A stretch of 64,000 nt of DNA from Longimicrobiales bacterium (GCA_963422615.1 OY730414.1:310001-374000), one strand, 5' to 3'. Shown: positions 9,736-19,587, numbered from the stretch's first letter. Translations and numbers: made by a program. The notes: generated from the sequence alone by a model not told the origin.

Positions 9736-10650
9736 ATGGCCCGACCCGCGTTGTTCTTCGTCTTTTTCTGGACGCTGGCCCTCATCCTCCTGGGCAGCGT
9801 CGTCCACGCAACGGACTCCAGCTTGGCTTGTCCCGACTGGCCAACCTGCTTCGGCACCCTGATGCCGGAGATGACCGGCGGCGTTTTCTGGGAGCACTTG
9901 CACCGCCTGTGGGCCGGCGCTCTGGTCATTCTTTTCACCGTCACCGTGATCTTGTTGCGGCGGGCCTATCCCGAAAGGGACGGTCTCTACCGCCTCGGAC
10001 TGGCGGGAATCGGGCTGTTGGTTTTCCAATCGGTGCTGGGGGGAATAACGGTTCTCTACGAGCTCCCGGATGCCGTCTCCACCATCCATCTGGCCCTGGC
10101 TTTCATTTTCTTAGGCGTGCTCATGGTCATGATCGCGGAGACCGCCCCAGCCGGGAGCGAGGCTCGTCCAAGTCGAAGAAGTCGAGAACACCCGGAGGGA
10201 GAGGACCCGGAGTCTTCGGGACTGGTGAAGCGGGCAGGCATCCGGACCGGGGTCCTCGTCTTCGCGCAGTCGGTTGTGGGCGCCTTGGTACGCCACACCG
10301 ACGCCGGCGTGGCCTGCCCGGACATTCCCCTGTGTCTTGGCCGGTTGATTCCGCCCCTCGACCATCCCCTGGTCCGGCTCCATTTCCTTCACCGCGTCTT
10401 GGGTTTCGTCGTGGCGGCGGTCGCCCTCCGGTACGCTTGGCTCATTTGCAGGCGAGTCCGCCAACCCCTTCTCCGGCGGCTCGCGGTCGGGCTTGGAATC
10501 GGGGTCGCCGCCCAGGTCGCTCTGGGCTTCGCTTCGGTCGCTTTTCAGCTTCGCCCCCTTTATGTGTCCGCCCACACCCTCCTCGCCGCTACCCTTTTCG
10601 CCCTGGCCACGGCCCTGGCGACCTACGCTCGGGAAGACGCCAACCCATGA
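9736..10650 (+). CDS. ctaA: COX15/CtaA-family heme A synthase
   Basis: Duplicated motifs LACPDWPTC...EHLHR and VACPDIPLC...HFLHR; about 8 hydrophobic segments with conserved His residues. Confidence 0.88.
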   Translation: MARPALFFVFFWTLALILLGSVVHATDSSLACPDWPTCFGTLMPEMTGGVFWEHLHRLWAGALVILFTVTVILLRRAYPERDGLYRLGLAGIGLLVFQSVLGGITVLYELPDAVSTIHLALAFIFLGVLMVMIAETAPAGSEARPSRRSREHPEGEDPESSGLVKRAGIRTGVLVFAQSVVGALVRHTDAGVACPDIPLCLGRLIPPLDHPLVRLHFLHRVLGFVVAAVALRYAWLICRRVRQPLLRRLAVGLGIGVAAQVALGFASVAFQLRPLYVSAHTLLAATLFALATALATYAREDANP

Positions 10651-11081
10651 CGGCAGAAGTCCTCGGGAACGCCCTGGCGTCCGTCAACGGGGCCCTGAAC
10701 CTGACCAGCGCCCTCTTTCTGTTGGCCGGATTCCGCTACATCCGGCGGGGCGATGCCCGGAGGCACCGAAGGTCCATGTTGGGTGCGGTCACCGCTTCAG
10801 GGCTTTTCTTGGTCTTCTACGTCACCCGCTTCTCCCTGACCGGTACCCACGAGTTCACCGGACCCGAAGGCCTTCGCCCGGTGTACTTGGCGATTCTCTT
10901 CAGCCACATGGTGCTGGCGGTAGCGGTATTGCCCTTGGTCATCCGCCTCCTTCATCTGGCCCGCCATCGACGGTTCGACACCCACCGCCGCCTGGCCCGG
11001 TGGACCTTCCCCCTTTGGCTCTACGTCTCCATCACCGGCCTGGTCGTCTACGTCATGCTCTACCACGTGGGCGACGGGTAG
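10647..11081 (+). CDS. DUF420-family membrane protein (cytochrome oxidase assembly associated)
   Basis: C-terminal part of ORF 9828..11081, with true start at the ATGA overlap 10647. Motifs NGALN, HRRSML, FLVFYV, SHMVLA, HRRLARWTFPLWLYVSITG. Confidence 0.88.
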   Translation: MTAEVLGNALASVNGALNLTSALFLLAGFRYIRRGDARRHRRSMLGAVTASGLFLVFYVTRFSLTGTHEFTGPEGLRPVYLAILFSHMVLAVAVLPLVIRLLHLARHRRFDTHRRLARWTFPLWLYVSITGLVVYVMLYHVGDG

Positions 11082-11320
11082 TCGTCCAATCCCCGGGAGA
11101 TCGGACAGACCCGCACCCCTGATTCCCGACCTCCGGGGCGTGCCTTACGCGCTTGGTGTCGGCCGTCCGGGAGCCCTGACGGCGCCCCGCGAATCCCGCT
11201 CCCCCCTAGCCATTCCCGTTCCTTCGACCGTTTGCCCGGCCGGGGCACGGGTCCTATTTTTTGTCACTGTCAGGGTTCCTTCTTCGCATCCGTTCCCTTC
11301 ATCGGTACCCGCCCGTTGCC

Positions 11321-12493
11321 TTGAAGCGCTTTCCAGCCTTCGACCCACCGGAGTACGTAAACTGGGAGCCCGAGCCCGAGCAGCTCCGGGAGTACCGCAG
11401 TCGGATTGACGGGAACCCTGCCCGGAAGGCTCGCGTGGCGGACCTCGGGCGGGACAGCCTTCTCGCCCTGTACCGCGACCTTCTTCTGACTCGACTTCAA
11501 GACATCGAACTCAAGCGCTGGGTGCGCCGGGGGATTCTCAGCAAGGCGTGGCTCGGCACCGGGGAAGAAGCCGTGACCGTGGGCGCGGTTGCAGCCCTCG
11601 ACCCGGACCGGGACGTCGTCAGCCCCATGATCCGCAACGCGGGTGCCTGTCACATGATGGGCATGTCCCTGGAAGACGGCTTTACCGGCTACCTCGCCAC
11701 CGCGGACAGCCCCAGCGGGGGAAGGGACCTCCACATCGGCGACCTCGACAAGGGCGTGGTCCAGCCGATCAGCCACATGGGTACCAGCGTCACGATCGTG
11801 GCCGGAATGGCCCTCGCCTTCAAGAACCGCCGCGAACGGCGGATCGCCCTGACCTGGGTTGGAGACGGAGCGACCCGAACCGCCGCTTGCCACGAAGGAC
11901 TTGTGGTCGCGGCCCGCCTGCGCGCACCCGCGGTCTTCATTGTCCAGAACAACCAGGTGGCCCTGGGTACCCGCCTGGACCAGCACGGGGCCGGAAGGCT
12001 GGAAGACCTCCCCCGGGCATATGGAATGGGCGCCTTCAGCTGTGACGGCAACAACGTTCTCGATGTGTACGCAGCCACGGCCCTGGCCCGGGAACGTTGC
12101 CTGGACGGCAAAGGACCGACGGCGGTGGTGGCCGAGACCTTCCGCATGGGGGGACACGCGACCCACGACGAGCGGGAGGCGCGGGAGACCTTCCCCGCCG
12201 AGCTCTTCAAAGCGTGGGGACGGCGGGACCCGATCGGCCTCCTGGAAGCGTACATGGCCACCGAAGGCGTCTCCCCGGACACGCTCCGGAAGGTGGAAGA
12301 CGAAGCGACCCGGAACGTAGCCGGGGCGGCAAAAAGGGCCCTGAAGTCCCGGGGCCGTACCCCGCCCCCGGAGCGGGCGCTGTATGAAGGATTTTCCGAA
12401 GGCGGGGTCCTCCACGGCCTCGCCGGGCGACTGGGCGAAACGGCGGCAGACCTTCCGGGGAGTGGCTCCGGGCAGAGAACATCCTATCTTTAG
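11321..12493 (+). CDS. ThDP-dependent 2-oxoacid dehydrogenase E1 alpha subunit
   Basis: GTGEEA, ThDP motif GDGAT...VQNNQ, DGNNVLDV, RMGGHATHD. Start uncertain (TTG 11321 or 11261). Confidence 0.87.
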   Translation: MKRFPAFDPPEYVNWEPEPEQLREYRSRIDGNPARKARVADLGRDSLLALYRDLLLTRLQDIELKRWVRRGILSKAWLGTGEEAVTVGAVAALDPDRDVVSPMIRNAGACHMMGMSLEDGFTGYLATADSPSGGRDLHIGDLDKGVVQPISHMGTSVTIVAGMALAFKNRRERRIALTWVGDGATRTAACHEGLVVAARLRAPAVFIVQNNQVALGTRLDQHGAGRLEDLPRAYGMGAFSCDGNNVLDVYAATALARERCLDGKGPTAVVAETFRMGGHATHDEREARETFPAELFKAWGRRDPIGLLEAYMATEGVSPDTLRKVEDEATRNVAGAAKRALKSRGRTPPPERALYEGFSEGGVLHGLAGRLGETAADLPGSGSGQRTSYL

Positions 12494-12496
12494 GCC

Positions 12497-13144
12497 ATGT
12501 TCGATAATCTGCGACGGGCCTTCAAGGACGCCATCCAGAACTTCAACCGGGAGTTGGCCCGGGACCAGATCCCGGAAACGGTTGACGCGCTTCTCAAGGG
12601 GATGGAGCGGGAGATCGTTGCGTCCAAGGTAGGATTGGAATCGCTGAAGGAGCAGTTCGCCAAGGCGCGGGATGCAGCCAGGGCCGAGGGTCAGGAAGCC
12701 GAGACCTGTCGGCGACGGGAAGCCATGGCCCGGAAGATCGGAGACGAAGAGACGGCCGAGATCGCCGCCCGATACGCCGAAAAGCACGGGAGCAGACAAC
12801 ACGTGCTCTCGGAGAAAGCCCGGGCGATCCAGGCGGAGCTTCGCCTCCGGGAGTCGGAATTCCAGGAGATGCTGAAGCAGGTCAAGGAGGCCCGGGCGAA
12901 CCGGGACAACCTGGCAGCCCAAGCCGGGCGCAGCCAAGCCAGGGATTCCATCCGTGAGACGGACGACCTCTTCCAGGATCTGGACCGCATGGCCGACAAG
13001 ATCAACAGCAGGGACGCCCACGCTCGGGACAGAGATCCGCTCAACGCAGGTCCCGCGTCCGCCGAAGCGTGGGACCGATCCCGCAGGGAGGACGAGATCG
13101 ACGCGCGCTTGGATGAGTTGAAGCGGCGCATGGGAAGGAAGTAG
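12497..13144 (+). CDS. PspA/IM30 (Vipp1/ESCRT-III-like) family protein
   Basis: Amphipathic N-terminus MFDNLRRAFK, long coiled coil, C-terminal EIDARLDELKRRMG. Confidence 0.75.
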   Translation: MFDNLRRAFKDAIQNFNRELARDQIPETVDALLKGMEREIVASKVGLESLKEQFAKARDAARAEGQEAETCRRREAMARKIGDEETAEIAARYAEKHGSRQHVLSEKARAIQAELRLRESEFQEMLKQVKEARANRDNLAAQAGRSQARDSIRETDDLFQDLDRMADKINSRDAHARDRDPLNAGPASAEAWDRSRREDEIDARLDELKRRMGRK

Positions 13145-13153
13145 ATTCAAGGC

Positions 13154-13432
13154 ATGGAAAACTGGATCGGAGCCGGAATCTGGATCATCCTGGGCGGAGC
13201 CACGGGCCTTGCCATGAAGCTCTTGGTGAAGCTCCCACGAGAGACGCCGGGGCATTCCGCGGTCCTCTTCGTTCTGGGCGCCTTCGCCGCCGCCATCGGG
13301 GGCATGCTGGGCGTGGGCATCTTCGAGTTCAACGATCCCGTCGCCCTGAGTCCCGGAGGCATGGGTAGCGCGGTCGTCTTTTCGGCATTGATGACCTGGA
13401 TCTACAGGTGGGGAACGAAAGGCCTGACCTGA
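13154..13432 (+). CDS. Small 3-TM protein, GlsB/YeaQ/YmgE-like stress membrane protein
   Basis: WIILGGATGLAMK...LGAFAAAIGG Gly-rich hydrophobic pattern; 92 aa. Confidence 0.65.
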   Translation: MENWIGAGIWIILGGATGLAMKLLVKLPRETPGHSAVLFVLGAFAAAIGGMLGVGIFEFNDPVALSPGGMGSAVVFSALMTWIYRWGTKGLT

Positions 13433-13443
13433 TTCCGTCGGAG

Positions 13444-14847
13444 ATGTCGTGTCCCGCCGCCGTAACCGAAGCCATCGACTTCGCTCGGACCGAACGTTCG
13501 AGATTCTACCAAGAGCTCCGGGAGTTCCTCCGCATCCCCTCCGTGTCCGCAAAACGGGAGCACGATGGAGATACGGAAAGGGCGGCCAAGTGGGTGCGGG
13601 AGCAGCTCAACCGGGCCGGCCTGGAAGCCGAGATCATTCCGACTCCGGGGCACCCCGTCGTCATCGGAGCGTGGCTCGGCGCCGGGCCCCGGGCACCCTC
13701 CGTTCTCGTTTATGGCCATTACGACGTTCAGCCCCCGGAGCCCTTGGATCTGTGGAAGTCGCCCCCCTTCCAGCCCACGGTTCGGGATGGTCGGATCTAC
13801 GCCCGAGGGGCGGCCGATGATAAGGGACAGCTGTTTCTCCACATCAAGGCGCTGGAAGCCCGGCTGAAGACCCAGGGCCGACTTCCCGTCAACGTGGTCG
13901 TCTTGGCGGAGGGCGAAGAGGAAGTGGGATCGCCCAACCTGGTTCCCTTCGTCAAGGCCCATCGGGAACGCCTTGGGGCCGACACGGTGATCATCTCGGA
14001 CTCGGCCATGTTCGCCCCGGGCCAGCCGTCCCTGCTCGTCTCTTTAAGGGGCCTCGCCTACTTCGAGATCCACGCTTCGGGCCCCGCTTCGGATCTGCAT
14101 TCGGGGACCTACGGGGGCGCGGTGCGCAACCCTGCGAACGCGCTCGCCAAGGTGATCGGTGACCTCCACGACGACCGTGGCCGGATCGCGATCTCCGGGT
14201 TCTACGAAGACGTCGCACCGCCGCCCTCCGAGGTGGTCGAGGAGATGAGGAAGCTTCCCTTCGACGCCAACGCGTACGCTCGGGAGACGGGTACGATGCC
14301 GACGGGAGGAGAGGAGGCGTACTCCCCCTTGGAGCGGCTGTGGATCCGGCCATCCTGTGACGTGAACGGGATGCTGTCGGGGTATACGGGCGAGGGCGCC
14401 AAGACGGTCTTGCCGGCCAAGGCCATGGCCAAGGTGAGCTTCCGTTTGGTCCCGGACCAGACGCCGGAAGGGGTCAAGGCCCTTCTGGAGGCGCACTTGG
14501 CGCGCGTGTCGCCCCCGGGAGTGAAAATGCGGGTCGTGGAGCTGCACGGCGGTCGGCCCTGGAGCGCCCGGGTAGGCGGACCCGTCTTCGAAGCTGCCTC
14601 CCGGGCTCTTGAACGGTCATTCGGGGCGCGGCCGGTCCTTGCCGGTGAAGGCGGCAGCATTCCCATTGTCGTGGAGCTGGAGGAGATTCTGGGGGCAGAA
14701 ACCCTGCTGATGGGCTTTGCCCTTCCCGGGGCAAACATGCACGCCCCCAACGAATGGTTCGCCACCGACTCGTTCGAGCGGGGAATCGAGGCACTGATTC
14801 ACCTCTACGAAGAATTGGCGAAGCGTTCGGGCATTCTCCCGGACTAG
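13444..14847 (+). CDS. M20/M25/M40 metallo-dipeptidase
   Basis: YGHYDVQP, ARGAADDKGQ, EGEEEVGS, DLHSG, GGSIP, HAPNE. Confidence 0.93.
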   Translation: MSCPAAVTEAIDFARTERSRFYQELREFLRIPSVSAKREHDGDTERAAKWVREQLNRAGLEAEIIPTPGHPVVIGAWLGAGPRAPSVLVYGHYDVQPPEPLDLWKSPPFQPTVRDGRIYARGAADDKGQLFLHIKALEARLKTQGRLPVNVVVLAEGEEEVGSPNLVPFVKAHRERLGADTVIISDSAMFAPGQPSLLVSLRGLAYFEIHASGPASDLHSGTYGGAVRNPANALAKVIGDLHDDRGRIAISGFYEDVAPPPSEVVEEMRKLPFDANAYARETGTMPTGGEEAYSPLERLWIRPSCDVNGMLSGYTGEGAKTVLPAKAMAKVSFRLVPDQTPEGVKALLEAHLARVSPPGVKMRVVELHGGRPWSARVGGPVFEAASRALERSFGARPVLAGEGGSIPIVVELEEILGAETLLMGFALPGANMHAPNEWFATDSFERGIEALIHLYEELAKRSGILPD

Positions 14848-15076
14848 GGCGTCCTCCGGACCCGTCGTCTTGGGGGCTCAGGGCCGTCCCGTCACAGCGC
14901 CAGTTCGAACGGCGTCGGCGCGGCGCACCATGGCCACCACCCGGTCCTACTCCGGCGTCGTTTGAGGCAGGCGGTGACAGCCGTGTCCGAATCGAAAAGG
15001 AACTCGCACCAGACGGGAACACGCGCATTCGGCCCGGCGATGCCCGGGAAGGAATCGAGAGATGGGGTAGGCTCCA

Positions 15077-17164
15077 ATGGGAATACCGACGGCTGAGTGG
15101 TGGAGAGGCGGGAGAAAGATCGGCGATCCCGGAGACGCCGAATTCGATCCTCCGGGAGCCGGGGCCCCACGAACCCAGGGCAAGCCGGGACCCGCCGTGG
15201 TGGCGGTGGACACGGGCGGAACGTTCACCGACCTTTTGGTGCTGGCCGAGGGCGTGTTGCGGAAGCTCAAGGTTCCGTCCACCCCCCGGGATCCCAGCCG
15301 GGCCGTTCGTAACGGGATCCGAGCCCTGGGTTTGGAGCCCGGATCTTTCGTTCTCCTTCACGGCACAACGGTGGCGACCAATGCCCTCTTGGAGCGCAAG
15401 GGGTCCCGGGTCGGGTTGGTCACCAACCGGGGCTTCGAGGACGTCCTGCAGATCGGCCGCCAAAACCGCCCGCAGCTCTACGCCTTGGTCGGGCACAGAA
15501 AACCCCCTCTGGTTCCCCGGGAGGACACCGTGGGCGTAGCCGGACGGCTGGATCCCCGGGGCGCGGAGCTGGATCCGCTGGATCCGACGGAGATCGATGC
15601 GCTTGCGGACTGGGGGAGCGACAAGGACTCTATCGCCGTGTGCTTCCTCCACTCCTATGCAAATGACGCCCATGAAGAGGCCGTCGCCTCGGCCCTGGAA
15701 GGACACGGAAGCGTGATCTCCGTTTCCTCTCGTCTCCTCCCGGAGTTCAGAGAGTTCGAGCGAATCTCCACCACCGTCGTGAACGCGTTCGTGGCACCCC
15801 TCGTATCCGGCTATTTGGCGCGGCTACAAGAGAAAAGTGGTGCCGACCGGGTGAGCATCATGGGGTCTGCCGGCGGCACCTTCTCGGTGGAGAGGGCGTG
15901 CCGAGAGCCGGTGCACACCGTACTGTCGGGCCCGGCCGGGGGCGTGGTGGGTGCGCTGAACTGGGGGCGGCAAGCCGGATTCGAGAAGGTGATCACTTTC
16001 GATATGGGGGGCACTTCCACAGACGTCTCTCTCTGCCCCGGTCAGGCCCTTCGCACCCGGGAGTTTCGAATTGACGAACAGCCCATCGCGATCCCGGTCC
16101 TGGACATCCACACCGTGGGCGCCGGCGGAGGAAGCATCGCCCGGCTGGATACTGGAGGAGCGCTCAAAGTGGGACCCGAGAGCGCTGGCGCGCGGCCGGG
16201 GCCCATCTGCTACGGAGGAGGAGGGACCTCCTTTACGGTGACCGACGCCCATGTCTGGCTGGGACGCCTTCCCCCGACGGGTTTCCTGGGAGGGATCACC
16301 CGTCTGGACCGGGCCGCCATCGAGCCGGTCCTGGCCGGGTTGGCCCGGCGGATGGGAACCAGCCTGGAAACCGCGGCAGCGGGCGTGCTCTCCGTGGCGG
16401 ACAGCGCCATGGAAAGGGCGCTTCGGGTCATATCGGTGGAGCGGGGGTACGACCCTCGGGATTTTTGCCTCGTGGCATTCGGCGGCGCCGGCGGCCTCCA
16501 CGTAGCCGAACTTGCGACCCGAATCGGGACCCGATTCGCTCTGGTGCCCCCGGACCCGGGTCTGCTTTCGGCGTACGGAATGCTCGTCGCCCCCGGAACC
16601 CGCGAGGTATCCAAGACCGTGCTCCGGCGCGCAGACGATGATCCCCGGGTGCTGGACGATGCGTTCACCCAGCTGCGTACCCGTGCCGTCGGCTCACTGC
16701 GTTCGGAAGGCTACGAAGAAGGCGAAATCACGGTCCGCCAGTCGGTGGACGCCCGCTACGCAGGCCAAAGCTTCGAGCTACAGGTGGACGCCCGCGACTG
16801 GGAAGAGGCATTCCACACCGCCCATGAGAAGCGATACGGGTACGCCCGGCGAGACGGCATCGTCGAAGCGGTTACCCTTCGGGCCGTGGCCTCGGCAACC
16901 GCCGCCTCCATTCGGGTTCCCGGTCCGGCGCCGACCACCCAACGAAAACCGGAAACGACAACCATCTTGAAGAGTACCGGATCCATAAAGGCGAACGTGT
17001 ACGCCCGGGCCGATTTGGGCACCGGAGCCCGACTGGCGGGTCCCGCGATCATTACCGAATACTCCGGCACGACGTGGATCCCGGAGTCGTGGGTGTGCAC
17101 CATTACGGATACGGGGAGCCTCTTCCTAGAGAACCCCGCCAGGCCGGGAGAGAGGGCGCAATGA
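15077..17164 (+). CDS. Hydantoinase A / 5-oxoprolinase A subunit (ATP-binding)
   Basis: VDTGGTFTD, HGTTVATNALLE, SGPAGG, DMGGTSTD, GAGGGSIA, GPESAGA.PGP.CYG, FGGAG. The real start may be near 15198. Confidence 0.92.
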   Translation: MGIPTAEWWRGGRKIGDPGDAEFDPPGAGAPRTQGKPGPAVVAVDTGGTFTDLLVLAEGVLRKLKVPSTPRDPSRAVRNGIRALGLEPGSFVLLHGTTVATNALLERKGSRVGLVTNRGFEDVLQIGRQNRPQLYALVGHRKPPLVPREDTVGVAGRLDPRGAELDPLDPTEIDALADWGSDKDSIAVCFLHSYANDAHEEAVASALEGHGSVISVSSRLLPEFREFERISTTVVNAFVAPLVSGYLARLQEKSGADRVSIMGSAGGTFSVERACREPVHTVLSGPAGGVVGALNWGRQAGFEKVITFDMGGTSTDVSLCPGQALRTREFRIDEQPIAIPVLDIHTVGAGGGSIARLDTGGALKVGPESAGARPGPICYGGGGTSFTVTDAHVWLGRLPPTGFLGGITRLDRAAIEPVLAGLARRMGTSLETAAAGVLSVADSAMERALRVISVERGYDPRDFCLVAFGGAGGLHVAELATRIGTRFALVPPDPGLLSAYGMLVAPGTREVSKTVLRRADDDPRVLDDAFTQLRTRAVGSLRSEGYEEGEITVRQSVDARYAGQSFELQVDARDWEEAFHTAHEKRYGYARRDGIVEAVTLRAVASATAASIRVPGPAPTTQRKPETTTILKSTGSIKANVYARADLGTGARLAGPAIITEYSGTTWIPESWVCTITDTGSLFLENPARPGERAQ

Positions 17165-19539
17165 CGCCGCAAAAAAAGATCCCGAAGCGCCCAGCACCGC
17201 TGCCCAGGCAGTCGGCTCAACCCAACCCGATCGAACGACCGAATCCCGGAGCCGCCGGCGACCCGCCGCCGTACGGATGGGCCGCGGGAGTCGCCGTCGC
17301 GGTCGGGTTGCTGTACACGGCCACCCTTGCGCCCACCACCGCCTTCTGGGACACAAGCGAATACATCGCGACGGGGCATATTCTGGGGATTCCCCACCCC
17401 CCAGGGAACCCGTTGTTCGTCGTTCTGGCCCGCACCTGGAACATCCTCCTGGAGCCCATCGGGCTGTCCACCGCCGTCCGGATCAACTTGTTCTCCACCC
17501 TGATGAGCAGCCTGGCCCACGGGCTCTGGTTTCTGGTGGTCCACCATATCCTGCGGTACTTTTCGCCCCGGCGGAGCTTTCGCCTGGTTGGGGCCTTCGT
17601 GGCGGTTCTGGTCAGCGCGACCGCGTTCACGGTCTGGAATCAGTCCAACGTGAACGAAAAGGTCTACACGGTCTCCCTGTTCACCATCGCTCTCCTTTCC
17701 TGGCTCGCCTTTCGCTGGCAGGAGAACCTGGGCAAGGGGAAGGACGACAACCTCCTCGTCCTGATGGTTTTCGTTTTGGCACTGTCGGTGGGGAATCACC
17801 TGATGGCCTTCCTTGCGGCCCCCGCCCTCTTCCTTTTCATCGTCATGGTCCGCCCCCGGACATTCTTCAACCCCCGTCTCTACCTGGCCGGGGCCCTGGC
17901 GGTTGTTCTCGGTCTTTCCATCCACCTTTTCCTGCCCGTTCGCTCGGCTCTCAATCCCTTGATCAACGAGGGCCAGCCCACCTGCGAGGGCCTTGGCGAC
18001 GCCCTGGGAAGCATCGTCACCTACGGCAACGCAGGCTGCGAAGAGCTTTCGGCAGCGCTGAAGAGAGAGCAATACGACAAACCTCCGCTGCTCCCGCGGC
18101 AGGCACCTCTCGCTTCCCAGTACCGGAACTGGCTTCAGTACTTCGACTGGCAGTGGGCCCGAGGTTTGTCCGGCGAGGATGTGCTGTTCGGCAACGGCCG
18201 GCTCCCCTTCACGATATTGTTCATTGTGCTGGGCGGGTTCGGCATCGCCGAGCTCTACCGGAGGGACAAGGCGAGCTGGGTCTACTTGGTCTCCCTTTTT
18301 GGCGTACTTTCCGGCGGACTTGTGTACTACCTGAACTTCAAGTACGGGTTTTCGGTTCCCGACAACGTGGGGAACATACAGGACCTTCATGAGGTTCGGG
18401 AGCGCGACTACTTTTTCATTGTCGGCTTCTCCGTTTGGGGGCTCATCGCGGGGATCGGCATCTTCGCTCTGTGGAGCCGCATCGCCCAGAGGCCAGGACT
18501 CAAGCCGGTGTATTGCGCGCCCGTTCTGGCCCTGGCTTTCATTCCCCTGGTCCTAAACTTTACGCGGGCCAGCCGCACCGGGGATTACTCCGCCCGGGAC
18601 TGGGGCTACAACCTCCTCATGAGCGTGGAGCCGTACGGCCTGCTCGTAACAAACGGGGACAACGACACCTTCCCCCTGTGGTACCTGCAGGAAGTGGAGG
18701 GAATCCGAAGGGACGTGACGGTGATGGTCACGTCGTACCTGAACACGGAATGGTACGTCAGACAGCTGCGGGACCTGACCCGTCCCTGCAAACCGGGACA
18801 GAACCCGGACGCCGAGCCCACCCGCATCGTCTGCCAGCGTCCCTACGCGGCCGAGAACACGGACGCCATGTACACCCACGACCCGGCGGAGGCCGAAGCC
18901 GCAGGGAAGATACCCATTCTCCTTTCCCGTCCAGTCCAGCCTCCCTCCCGCCCAATCTTCCCTGAAGGAATGACCGACGAATCCATTGAGACGGTGGCCA
19001 GAAGCTACCAATTCCTAGAAAGGGATTTGACGTTGAACCTGGGTCCCCTGACCGCAACCTTGGCGAAGGACCAATACCTGTATCCCTGGCACCAGTTCGG
19101 CCTCGCGGCCATCGCCAACTCCCTGGGAGACCGGCCCGTGTACTTCGCTTCAAGCGGAAGCGCGGCCACTACCTTCGGGGTTCGGCCCCACATCATTCGC
19201 CATGGGCTGGCCTTTCAACTCTGGCCCGGCGACCCCCAGGAGCTGGAGAACCAGGGGATAACTCGGAACACCGATACATCCCCCCTGGCCCGAGTCGTCG
19301 GACCCTGGATCTTCGGGGAGCGGACCCGCACCCTGGCCGAAGACGTCTTCGTCCACCGCAGTGGCATCCCGGACGCGTGGAGTTACTGGCCGGACCAGTC
19401 CACCATCGGGATCCCCAACTACTACGCGTGGATGTACTTCGCCCTGTACCAAGAAGCCGTCCAACGGGGAGACGGGAATACCCAGGTAGTACTGGAACTG
19501 GGAGATCGGTGGGAGGCATGGACGATACTGGGGAGGTGA
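17161..19539 (+). CDS. DUF2723 polytopic membrane protein (TMEM260-like GT-C glycosyltransferase)
   Basis: FWDTSEYIA...LGIPHPPGNPLF, EVRERDYFF, TNGDNDTFPLWYLQEVEGIRRDV; many TM helices; ATGA overlap with the upstream gene. Confidence 0.9.
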   Translation: MTPQKKIPKRPAPLPRQSAQPNPIERPNPGAAGDPPPYGWAAGVAVAVGLLYTATLAPTTAFWDTSEYIATGHILGIPHPPGNPLFVVLARTWNILLEPIGLSTAVRINLFSTLMSSLAHGLWFLVVHHILRYFSPRRSFRLVGAFVAVLVSATAFTVWNQSNVNEKVYTVSLFTIALLSWLAFRWQENLGKGKDDNLLVLMVFVLALSVGNHLMAFLAAPALFLFIVMVRPRTFFNPRLYLAGALAVVLGLSIHLFLPVRSALNPLINEGQPTCEGLGDALGSIVTYGNAGCEELSAALKREQYDKPPLLPRQAPLASQYRNWLQYFDWQWARGLSGEDVLFGNGRLPFTILFIVLGGFGIAELYRRDKASWVYLVSLFGVLSGGLVYYLNFKYGFSVPDNVGNIQDLHEVRERDYFFIVGFSVWGLIAGIGIFALWSRIAQRPGLKPVYCAPVLALAFIPLVLNFTRASRTGDYSARDWGYNLLMSVEPYGLLVTNGDNDTFPLWYLQEVEGIRRDVTVMVTSYLNTEWYVRQLRDLTRPCKPGQNPDAEPTRIVCQRPYAAENTDAMYTHDPAEAEAAGKIPILLSRPVQPPSRPIFPEGMTDESIETVARSYQFLERDLTLNLGPLTATLAKDQYLYPWHQFGLAAIANSLGDRPVYFASSGSAATTFGVRPHIIRHGLAFQLWPGDPQELENQGITRNTDTSPLARVVGPWIFGERTRTLAEDVFVHRSGIPDAWSYWPDQSTIGIPNYYAWMYFALYQEAVQRGDGNTQVVLELGDRWEAWTILGR

Positions 19540-19587
19540 GGGAAACCGGGCGAGAAAGCGCGGTCAACCGGACGCCATAAGCTCCCG

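Noticed and set aside
7615..10089. 824-aa antisense ORF, and similar long shadow ORFs at 11270-13552, 24377-27025, 27099-28991, 38560-40806 and 44961-47141
   Set aside because: They lie opposite well-supported genes and have no recognisable motifs. Long antisense ORFs are expected from high-GC codon bias.
14848..15197. Long spacer before the hydantoinase A core, considered as ncRNA or a hyuB remnant
   Set aside because: No recognisable RNA motif or HyuB-like peptide in the listed frames.
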